A DNA stretch of 64,000 nucleotides, taken from Owenia fusiformis. Taxonomy: Eukaryota. The DNA lies in assembly GCA_903813345.2 (NCBI GenBank), contig CAIIXF020000001.1, positions 25,854,001 to 25,918,000 of the forward strand. The letters are read 5' to 3'. Positions 12,301 to 23,014 of the stretch are shown in pieces. The translations under genes and the position numbers were made by a program. The number at the start of each line of letters is the position of its first letter. Position 1 is the stretch's first letter. A model generated the notes under the pieces. It saw only the letters and a list, made by a program, of their open reading frames with translations. It had not been told where the DNA came from and ran no database searches.

Positions 12301-15300
12301 TGAATGCTATGATTCGGAAGTGACGTCACGTTCTTCATTTAGAAACTTTTCCAAAATCATATCGTCGGCGCCGATCGAAGCAATTCAATGAATAATCTTT
12401 GAAATGACACATTTATCGTAAGTATTTCTACACAAGATTTGCCCCATTTGTTAATCATTCTATAATCTTTCATTAAGCTCAAAATGATAAAGTTCACCCC
12501 AAACAACCCAAGATTGCGTTTCGGAGCGCAGTCCAGCTTTAAGTAAAATGACATTGTCAAAAAGCAATCCTAATAAAATTGTTGGCTTCTTGGAAATGAG
12601 GCCAATTTGTATTTTTCAGCATGTGAACCCACCAAAAGTGCCATTTTGTTAGTCTCCAACTTTTTTGTGGCAGCAGTTGGTGTTCAGAGTTTGGCATTTG
12701 TAACAAATGGCAGGTGGTCACATTTTGCCCGTTAATGCCCTGTATATACTCAGGATCCCAGGAAATATAAAGGGAAAATCCACTATTTCGACTAATTTTA
12801 TAGTGCATGTAAATGTACAGTTAAACCATACTCAAGATACAAAAACATGAAGTAAAAATTCTCTATTTATTCCAAATGAATTGAACATGTGGAGCTATGA
12901 ATGTCAATATTACACTTGATCCTGCTAATTTTCAACTTCATCGACATCTTTATACTTCTAATAAATAATCTTCAGTTACTAATCACTAATGATCTCCTAG
13001 CTCATTCCACTCCAATTTGTCAATACAAGTAATTGCCCTGCTTTGTGGCATTTAGTATATTTACATGTCTGTCTACTATGTCCTTACAAATAAATGCCGA
13101 GTGAATGCCAGTTCTTATTGTCACAAATGATGTAAATGTTCTACAACGTTTCTATTTTGGCGATCTTAAGATTGACTATTTATTTATTGATGTTTTATGC
13201 TAACATCGGATTCCAGTTCCAATTGCCATAAATGTTCCAAATGTTCCTCCTCCTTGTATCATCGTTTTTCCTACATTTGATATCAACTCTCTGCCACGCA
13301 TCCCCATCCTGGAAGAATATTGTGTACAATATTACATTTTTATTTTCATTTAATTCCTATCAATTAATGAATCATTTTTTATCGTTATGTCCTGCAAGGA
13401 CACATATTAATACTGATGTTCATTTGTATTTTTTCACTTATCATTCTAATGAAACTTTCCATTTGCAAAATTGACAAGCAATGCAGAAACTGACATCTTA
13501 TGGCACAATTACTTTTTGTTTAATTTTTTGCAATCATTTATCTGTTCATTAATTGTCTATTACTTTGGTCATTTCATATTTCATGAAAAAAGTGAATTCT
13601 GACAAATAATAGGGCCAGGGGACCTAACTAGAAAATACCTCAGAGCTCCAAATCCTCCAAAAATGGCCCCTGAAGCCATTCCGACACAAAATCCAATGGT
13701 GGCTCCATATTTCACTTTATCCCAACAGCTAGGTCCACCTTGGTGGTAACCTCCGGGTGGTGGTGCTGGCATTATTTAACCTAAGATAAAATGTATCAGT
13801 CTTTGTTCAGAAAGTTAACATTTTATCCAAATAGCCTAAATATATTATTCCAAGGACATAAGAACTCAAAACTGTTGGAAACTTCTTGCTCAAGTCCAGG
13901 ATAAATCACATGGTCTTGTAACCCAACAAAATGGTAACTTAAAAATATAAACAAAAAGCAAGGTCATCATGATCATCCACATCTTATTGGAAAAAAATTT
14001 TGAAAAAATTAACTTCCAAAAATTATTATAAAAGGCCACAGCTTTGCTGCACAGTGCTCATTATACATAACTATCTGATTATACGCATCTGTATCATGAT
14101 TACTAGAATAGTATCCAGTTTTGACAGTCATACATGCCTGAGATAACACCCTACAAAAGGAAAAAAATGCGTATAAAAACACCTCTTAAAGGCGCACTAT
14201 ACTTAATTTAGAAGAAAAAATGAAAAAATAATCATTGAAACATGTTACTCACACACTTGCTCAAATATGACACAAAGTTTGATTTCCTTTAATATCAAAC
14301 CAAGAAAAAAATAACTCACATAGAAAAAAGCATTTGAAGTTCAGAGGTCATAAGACATGCATGCACATGCTAAACACAGTGCATGTTTTAAATTACTATT
14401 GATTTAAAAGATGGCGACACTTCTATAAAAATGAATGTATCATGTAATACAAACAACTTTGCCATCTTTCAATGACATTAATAAAAACTTGATATATAAA
14501 GCTTGACAGATCGAAAATATTTTTTGATAATTTATATTAATTGATGTGGTCCATTTGAGCTGTTGTTGGTGTCAAGTGAAAGATAAGGTTCTTATCAATA
14601 CATTGGACATACTATGAAATTTAAATGTCTTTATTTTGCCCAAAAATTTGAAAATTCCCAAAGAAAGTGTACCTTTAATATTATATAAAGCAGCACTATA
14701 AGGCGGGACTTAACGCTCCAAGGCGTCGTTAGTCTATTAAACATACAGTTCATAAAAATATAATTAATAGAATGTAATAATATAATTCTGGTGTGAATAG
14801 AACAGCAAATATGACGTAAATAAAGGGATTACAAGCTTTATTACCAGATTACTGTTCTAGTCTACTGCAAAGAAACGTATGTTTTTACATACACGTTTTT
14901 GGGATACCCGGTTTTTTCGACCGGGTACCAAGTTTGAACCCAGCATGGAGGATTTACTACCCGGTACCCGGTATTTTCTACAAACCCCGGAGATATGAGC
15001 AATTAGAGTGTAGAGTCTCAGATTTCCCTAGATAGGAGCCTGTCTTTTTTCTAAGTAATGCATAGTGAGTGGGAGGGGGATGAACTCTTGTTCCCGTGCC
15101 TGTGCTCATGTTCATTTGACAAAATAAAATTAAAAAGTAAAAAAAAACTGTGATTTTGTATTCGATCTGGTAATTGTCTTATACCGTTGCATCATTGTGA
15201 GCCACTCTTTTGGTTGTGAAGAAATGTATACTTACCCTTATTTTAATTGTACTTTGATGCCAGTCTTCTTTATAATTAAGTAAAAGAGTAAGTTATTGTG

Positions 15301-17389
15301 TTTCGAAATTCTAATAAAAATTATGTGATATTTTTTCACATGTCCAGTCCTCACTAAAAGTTGAACTTTGTGAAACGAAATTATTCTAAAATGAGATTAT
15401 ACTTCATTTATGTCGTAGCTGCGTTTCACATAACAATTCTATGATGTTAATACAATTAAATGAATTAATTAATCATATTTCAACAAAACATGTCTGCTAC
15501 CTGAAAAAAGTTGCTAGATCCAATGCTGATCAATATGAAACAAGGATTGACGGTAAATCGTCGATCGGCCAAGTGGTCTAGGGGTATGATTCGCGCTTCG
15601 GGTGCGCGAGGTCCCGGGTTCAATTCCCGGCTTGGCCCAATTTTACCTACTGATTTTATTTTTATTGCATTCAAATGTTTTTAATCATAATTCCTTTTAA
15701 TTTCAGGTTCTACAATGTACCAGTATTTTGTAAAAATAGTCCCCACTACATATGTAAAGGTTGATGACCAGGTAATAATCATTTCCTTCTAAAATAAAAT
15801 CAGTTTTCAAATTCATATCTAATTTTCACGGACGTCAAGTAAGTTTCTGGCGAAAGCCGGAGCATAGATTATTTAGAGGACTGGAAACCAGAATGACCTA
15901 CCTTTTTATTTCCCGAATCTCGCCTGAAATTAGCTCATCTTGGTGACTGTAACCTGTATATCTGTATTAATAGAGTCTTTTTGTATCGCATCTGCCTCAA
16001 TTTTAAAGTTTAATTGGTATCTTTAATATGATTTCACTGTTTTTATGGACTGGTACGATTAAGCCAAGCAAATGGCAGCTGATTTGTTCAAAGTACTTTT
16101 AGTACTAATTATCGCAAATGACAATAATTTAGGAAACAAAATTACACTAAATAGATTACTAAGCATCTAAGGTAAGTAAAACTAGATGAACAACTGAGTC
16201 AATAGTGAGAAATAGGCCAAAATGAACTGCCAGAATTGAAATAGACTGCCATCTTGTTTCCAGTACTCTAAATAATCTATGCTCCAGCTTTCGCCAGAAA
16301 CGTACTTGACGTCCGTGCTAATTTTATGCAGCACATTGATACTTTGGGCTGAAATGAAAAGCGAATTCTTTTACCAAATATTCAGTCAGCAAATACCCTT
16401 TCCATCCCAAATATTTACTTGTTGAAAACTAAATAAGTTGCAATGATTTTCAAGATTTGTCAAGTTTTAACTGATTGTAACATTTTGTACTGTCTTTGTA
16501 ATGGAAATGAATCAATGATATTTGTTTGTTTTTATAAATTACATGTTCTGTTAACAATTGTATTTTTTTTAAAAAGCATGTATAACTGTATTTTTGAAAT
16601 TGATATAACTACATATAAATGCTATTTATTTTAGGTGTTATACACCAACCAATACTCAGTGACTAAACATCAGAAAGTTTCTAATTCTGTACTCGGTGAA
16701 GCTGGCCTTCCAGGAGTATTCTTTATGTATGAGTTGTCTCCTATGATGGTAAAATACACAGAAAAACAAAGGTGGGCTGATTTTTTTAACCCTTTGCTAA
16801 TTGTTTAATGTTTAATATTGAAATGTAAAATCTATGTTTTGCTCATATTTTGATCAAGTTATGTTTAAGAAACATTAGGGATTCTTCTTTCCATGTACAT
16901 TTGTGTTTTTAAGCAATTCATGATATAACTATTGTCATGGTAATATAGTATTTTCTTGAATATTCTCCTTGCATAGTTTTAGTAAACCTGTAGTTGTGTA
17001 TTATTAAATTATTCATGGACCTATATGTGATAGTTTTTCTTTTATTTTCAGATCTTTTATGCATTTTCTCACAGGAGTATGTGCAATTATAGGAGGAGTA
17101 TTTACAGGTGATTTGCAATATTTGCTTGTGAAACATCCATGAGAAATTTTGATAACAAGGCCTGAAAATGACTTTCTTGTTTGAAAATTGAAGTTGTGCA
17201 ACTTTATTTATTTTGAAAATAGTGGTTTATTGATTTTAAATTAAAATTTAAATTGACACTTCATTATTTTTTATGTATTTTTCTTCATCAATTGATTTTC
17301 TATTTACAGTTGCTGGTCTCATAGATTCTGCTATTTATCACTCAGGGAAGATCATTAAGAAGAAAATAGAGATTGGGAAACAAACATAA
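6338..17389 (+). CDS. ERGIC3: Endoplasmic reticulum-Golgi intermediate compartment protein 3 (Erv46 homolog); 11 exons
   Basis: Exons 6338-6434, 8655-8813, 9100-9216, 9731-9830, 10123-10346, 10579-10610, 11412-11508, 15707-15771, 16635-16771, 17052-17107, 17310-17389. Motifs: [86 protein letters not shown]-terminal GKQT. Confidence 0.96.
7213..7445. mobile_element. MITE with imperfect CAGTGGCG(T/A)AGCGT-type TIRs
   Basis: cagtggcgaagcgt...acgctacgtcattg, with aatc on both sides (possible 4-bp TSD) and an internal direct repeat gagagtacgcca. Confidence 0.55.
12052..12538. mobile_element. TTAA-flanked MITE (Kolobok/piggyBac-type) carrying a tRNA-like sequence
   Basis: Left end ttaa|acctgcacatcgctccaaaacgcaat. 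Right end reverse-complemented reads ttaa|agctggactgcgctccgaaacgcaat. Confidence 0.65.
12193..12263 (-). pseudogene. tRNA-derived pseudogene or SINE head (Pro-like D arm, AGC anticodon)
   Basis: Minus strand reads tggtctaggggtacaatt-ctcgc-ttAGCac-gcggg-aggc-ccggg-ttcgaat-cccgc, then a T-run. A and B boxes are present but the acceptor stem does not pair. Confidence 0.7.
13200..13772 (-). CDS. ROMO1: Reactive oxygen species modulator 1 (Mgr2 homolog), 80 aa; nested antisense in ERGIC3 intron 7
   Basis: Exons 13772-13639 and 13308-13200 give [80 protein letters not shown]. There is an acceptor just before the ATG, and a probable 5'UTR exon ends at 15236 (GTAAG donor). Confidence 0.95.
14190..14674. 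mobile_element. Probable TTAA-flanked non-autonomous DNA transposon (Kolobok-like)
   Basis: ttaa|aggcgcact ... agtgtacct|ttaa, short imperfect TIRs. Confidence 0.45.
15567..15638 (+). tRNA. tRNA-Pro (anticodon CGG)
   Basis: Acceptor stem GGCCAAG/CTTGGCC, D arm TGGTCTAGGGGTATGA, anticodon arm CGCGC-TT-CGG-GT-GCGCG, T arm CCGGG-TTCAATT-CCCGG, TTTT terminator at 15641. Confidence 0.95.
15827..16317. mobile_element. MITE with ~65-bp TIRs and an 8-bp TSD (hAT/P-type)
   Basis: cacggacgtcaagtaagtttctggcgaaagc... and ...gctttcgccagaaacgtacttgacgtccgtg, flanked on both sides by CTAATTTT. Confidence 0.88.
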
Positions 17390-19322
17390 CATATGCTACA
17401 GTTTAGGAATATAAAAGATCATTTAAAAAGAGATGATTCATTGAAGATGTCTACCATTATTTCATCCATTAACATTGGAGAATGCATAACATGATCATTA
17501 AAATTAAATTTTAATGATCCAGTTACAAATTTTCCAATTGTCCATATCTGAACTATCACTAAACATCATATCCAATGCAGAGAGAAATGGTGTTCCAAAC
17601 TTCTCACTCAGTTGTCCTCTTTGCAATAAACATAATTACTAGGATATTGAGCTAATTTTAGGCCATTAAGGCACTTGCTTTTCCAAAATATTCCTTACTA
17701 AGTTTAGTAATGTCTTACCTAAGTTATCTAGGCCTAATTGTTTTTATCTAGAATTGGGTTCTTGTAATTTTTTTATACATACAGTTATGTATGCTGGCTA
17801 ACACTGTGAAGGGGCCTTGCATAAAGTTCTTTCTGTTAGTAATTTTCTCTTATAAAATGCAAGGTGAATGTAAAGAGAATAACTATAAACCTGAAGGATG
17901 GCATAGAAATCATGCAAGACTACCAAACTTGTAACAATGTTTTCAGTCAAATACTAGAAAGATGTAGATGTTTTGTTATAACTAATTTAATCACACTATA
18001 CATAGGTACATATATATACTTTAATTGTAAAGTTAATGCCAAGAACCGAAAGACTATGAAGTCTTTCTAATCTCACATACATTCATTATTTAAACATCTC
18101 TCAAGCAGATTATTCATTGTTCTTTGCGAAAAATACACCGAAGCCTTGAGGTTCAATTTTTTCATTTTAATCCAAAAGTTACACTTAACTGGTACATATG
18201 GGAACGCTTGAAGTGCTCAACTTTATATTTTGAATTTATTTAATAGTATTATATAATCCAGCTACAATGTGAGTACATGTTATCATAAGAAATTCAATCT
18301 GCTGATATAGTCTCTAATATTTCAAGCAATCAGGTTCTAGCATGTTACATTGTATATCATCGTGGTAAGCCACACCCTCTCCAAGAGATGCTTTGAGTAT
18401 CAGAATGTTGTATATAAGGTTATGTGAAACTTAACTTTAAAATGAGATATATTTTTGTTTTTTATTAAAAGCACCTTCCCATGTGAGCCAAGCACCCATG
18501 GTACCATTTTTGTGTAAAATGTACCATTTATTTTTGTTACACAGTGATGTGTGAGGGTATTCAAATTATTTGTACATAGGGTATTACTATTTCCACACAT
18601 TTCATAAACTATAATGTTAATACTTTACAATTGTACTCCGAAATGCATTGATTTACAGTTTGTTATATTCAATTTGTTACTATACTATTTTTGTTGTTGT
18701 GATGTATCAAACAGTGTCAAAGGAAGGATAATTTAATATAGCAAATGGTAAATAATGAAACTTTCATGTAGCAGTTCCCTGTATGATGTTCATTAACATG
18801 TCAGTGTTAAACTTATGTCATTCACATCTCATGATTTCAATGGTAAGTGTTACATAGCATGGTTAAATTGGTTTGTCAAAGCTCTTCATAACAAAGGATT
18901 TTATGCCTTTATAGCCCCAAAAATCCTTCATTAAGGAACATTTTTTGTCAAAATGTTTGGTAACGAAGCAATTTAACCCAGTGTGTAATGCTAACCAATG
19001 AGGAAAAACAGCTGATTTTCTGAAGAGATAAATTATAATTTTGCATGATGCTTGATATTTGTCATGCCAGATGGATTCAGTGTCCTAGTATGAGCAATTT
19101 TCAACTGCTGATGATTGTCCAGCAATTTTTATTATGTGGTCATTCTGATTTAATAATAACCATTGATATATTTCTTTAATAAAGGGCTACTACTGTAGCT
19201 GTAATTCTCACCCTAAATAACCTTAATTTTCCCGAAGTTGAGGTCAAATCTGTATCATAATTGATAACATGTGATAATGAATATATATCATATTTGTGAT
19301 ATTTTACAAATGCATTACAAAA

Positions 19323-19780
19323 ACATTTTTTTCTGAATTTGAAAACTTCCAACAATGTGATGTGAATTTTTGCGAGGTGATTTCATGACATCGGGGAATG
19401 AATAATCGTGTGACTGTTGTTTTGAAATGCTTGGTTTAGTTTTATGAGTGAATCTGTGGAATATGGCAACTATTCCACAGATATCACGACATTTTTTCTG
19501 AATTCGAAAACTTTCAACAATGTGATGTGTATTTTTGCGAGGTGATTTTATGACATTGGGGAATGAATGATCATATGACTGTTGTTTTGAAATGTTTGGT
19601 TTAGTTTTTATATGAGTGAATCTGTGGAGTATGGAGACTATTCCACAGATATCACATTTTTCGAATTTGAAAACTTCCAACAATGTGATGTGTATTTTTA
19701 CGAGGTGATTTCATGACGTCAATGGATGAATGATCGTATGACTGTTGTTTTGAAACACTTGGTTTAGTTTTATTAGTGAA
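19323..19780. repeat. Tandem repeat, ~166-bp unit, about 2.7 copies
   Basis: gaatttgaaaacttccaacaatgtgatgtg...gactgttgttttgaaa...ttggtttagtttt recurs three times. Confidence 0.9.
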
Positions 19781-22700
19781 TTATGGGATCAATAGAACAT
19801 CCTATGAATGTTTGTAATATCATTTTAATCCACTCATCGATAGCAATACCTGCACTCATTCACTACATTCACTCATCCATATATTCATAATCAACTTGTG
19901 GATAAAATGATATTTCTCAAAATCATAGGATATCCAATACATATCTTTAATTCATAATGTTATGTAACTTACACAATCAAGAAACTAGGACAAAAAGATT
20001 CTTTTCTATAATGATTTTCAGAAAAGGAGTTTTGGTTCCAATTGATTGTATAAGTAACATATTATTATGAATTGAAAATATTTTAGGGTCATTAAGGATG
20101 AAGATTACAGCTGCTGACCCTTTAAATTGGGTTGGGGATTAAAAGCAGCTTGCTACACATTTATTTGCTCTCCACCAGAAATGGTGAAAGGGAAAGCATG
20201 TATTTATTTTGATAAAATCTGAACATGTTGAAGTTTTGATAGATGTTTTGCCGTTCTATTGCACATATATTGTATGAGTTGGGTTTGGGTTTCAATATTA
20301 ATTCATTATTCATTTCATAAGGGTACATGTATTTTTATTAAAATAAAAAATAGTTATTAAATATATATATTGATTTCAAGATTTTATAAATAATATCCAC
20401 AAAAAAATCATAATAAATGATATGTTCTTTGTTATCATCAAAGCTTCACATCACATGAACTAAGGAGTATTGACATTGTAAAGAATATGAATATATGACA
20501 ATGAGGGTGTGTCATAAGGATAAGGATTCCACAATGATTGCTGAAAATTAGATTTTTTACTTGTTCCATACCTACAGTCTGAGAGTAGTATACACCAAAT
20601 ACAATATAGATAATTGTACAATACTGTACTGTATAAGTGTTATTTAATCTGAGTGGTTGATTTGCCGAATGGTCAAATATTTTCATTTTCCTGATTTTGA
20701 TTTTCCTAATGACAAGAAGAAACTTCCCATTGGATAACATTATGAAGATAATATTTCCGACTTTAATTTTCCAAACCTGGCAAAAATTTGGCAAAATTAC
20801 CACTTATACAGTATACATGTACATACAGAAAATATCAGCATATGAAAAACTGATTCCAGGCCCCAGGCCAATGCTTACATTATACCCTGCAGTAGTAGCT
20901 GCACATGTGCAGACTGTAACCAAGTGTATTTTACCATACCAACTTTGCACAATTTTATATAGCCCTAACTCTTATAGAAAATGCATCAATGGAACTGTAA
21001 CCGAAAAGGACAGAATAAAAGAATTTATTATTAATACAAAAATATTTTTATTTAATGTTTTTCAGCTTTACATGAAGTGACAGAAACTAAAATAAATAAC
21101 TAAGTTTCAAAGTGGTAAATATGATAAGTGTAAATATGCAAAGTGGCTTTAAAGGCTTTATATTAAGTTTATGCTATAAAAGAATTTCACTTTGCAAAGT
21201 CACAACCAGAACATGTGCTCTGTACATTGTTTAAAACCTTGTGGTATTTTACATTTCACAGGAGTGTTTAACTCCAGGATAAAATCATTTTGACTCTGCC
21301 AAAATTAATTTTGTCAAGCCAATACTAGTAACATAAGCACATTGATAAGCAGCTCGTAAATATTCTTAATAAAGCATATGTTTTCATGGACATAAATCTC
21401 TGATTCAAAATACTTGCTGAACAAATTCATGTACATTTGAAGCAAGAGCAAAAGCTCAACATTACTTGACACTACTCTTGCATCAATGATCAAGTCTCTT
21501 CCTCCTCCCCCTCTGTCTACTTTAGAGTGTTGAGGGTCACAGGGGGTTGAAGCAAGACTACTTTGGCACCACTTACAGAATACAGGATTTCTATTGCTTC
21601 TCCAATCATGTCCAGATGCGTACTATACAGTACATACAATAATTGCACAATCAATATTGAAATGAAATAGATATTTACAATAATTTTTTAACAATACATT
21701 TACATGTGATAATAAAATCTAGACAAGGCATTTATTGATGTACAAAAGGTCACCACCTGTCATTTGTTACAGACAGCAAACTGTGAACACCGTCAACAAA
21801 AACGTTGGAGAATATACAAGTGGTGACATAAAAACAGCAATTCCACAGAGCAGCAAATCCCATCAAACAAAATATGTTTCTCAGATCCATTTTGACTAAT
21901 TCATGCTAAAATGAAAAAATACACTAAAACTATCTAGTGGAATTCAAGTTATGAGCAATTTTAAAAGAAATGGGACCATTTTGATCTAGCTACATTCTGA
22001 TACTCAAAGCATCTCTCTCTGTTGCATCGCAGAGATGGATAGGGCGTGGCTTACCAGAATGATCTATCTAGGCTATAAGTGAACTTTCTTAACCTTCAGA
22101 ACAGCAGTAATTTTTAGTAACATCTTATAATGAATGCACTTGACATCCTTCTGGATGTACAACAAACCAAATCTGTAAATGGGTCTTCCAGACATGAATA
22201 GAATAATGTCAGATATTTCAGATACGAGCCATTTTAAAAAGTATTTCATAAGCAGACATTCTCCAATTTCCATATTGCATCAACTTGAAAAATGTAGGTA
22301 AATCTGATGGAATTTGAGTTTTGGCCTGGAAACATGGACAGTTGGCCTGTATAAATCCCTACACAAACTTCATTTGGTGGGATAATAAAGAATATAAATT
22401 AAATGTTAAATGAAAGCATTGTGATATCAAAAGTTTAGATATATTTGATTTTATCATTCTCTAAATATTTGAAACCATCCTTCAAGATGAAGCTTCAATG
22501 CTATAGCAGCTATAGAAAGCATTGAAATACCTTTGGACCAAGGATGAGTTCTATCATCATTCAGCAACAAATCACTCATTTATGTCTTCTATAAAGTAAT
22601 TCTTGAGTGTCTTTCAGTCATGTGTATTGAAAATTCGTTTTCAGTAAGTAAATCACACCAACTAATAATGAGAAATATTTTCACTGTGCTCTAACCAACC

Positions 22701-23014
22701 TACTTGACAAATTCAAGTCCAGAATAATTGTATTCTCAACCAATATGGAGTGTACCAGATTTCCCTCATGTGAAATATAGTAGAGCTTATGTCACTGACT
22801 GATCATAGATACTTCCCAAGTGGAATTACTACAATAAAATTTTGCAACAAGAATTGGAGATAAATACACATATGTACCATCAAAACTAGTCCTGCATCAA
22901 TTCCTTCTGAGTGTAACTTACTAACCATCTTGACTTGACGCAAGACTATTTTTTTACATTTTTTGATTGTAAATAAGTTGTACTGTTTTGCTTTAATTTG
23001 ACAGTACTGAGTGT

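Noticed and set aside
19315..19683. 122-aa ORF with CDIC...H repeats resembling zinc fingers
   Set aside because: It arises from the ~166-bp tandem repeat. The spacing does not fit C2H2 fingers and there is no splice support.
20438..21080. Overlapping 121-aa and 127-aa ORFs
   Set aside because: Low-complexity AT-rich translations between the convergent 3' ends of ERGIC3 and FAM8A1, with no recognisable domain.
22054..22305. Possible extra FAM8A1 exon
   Set aside because: All three frames after the candidate acceptor hit early stops, and FAM8A1 already ends at 23015.
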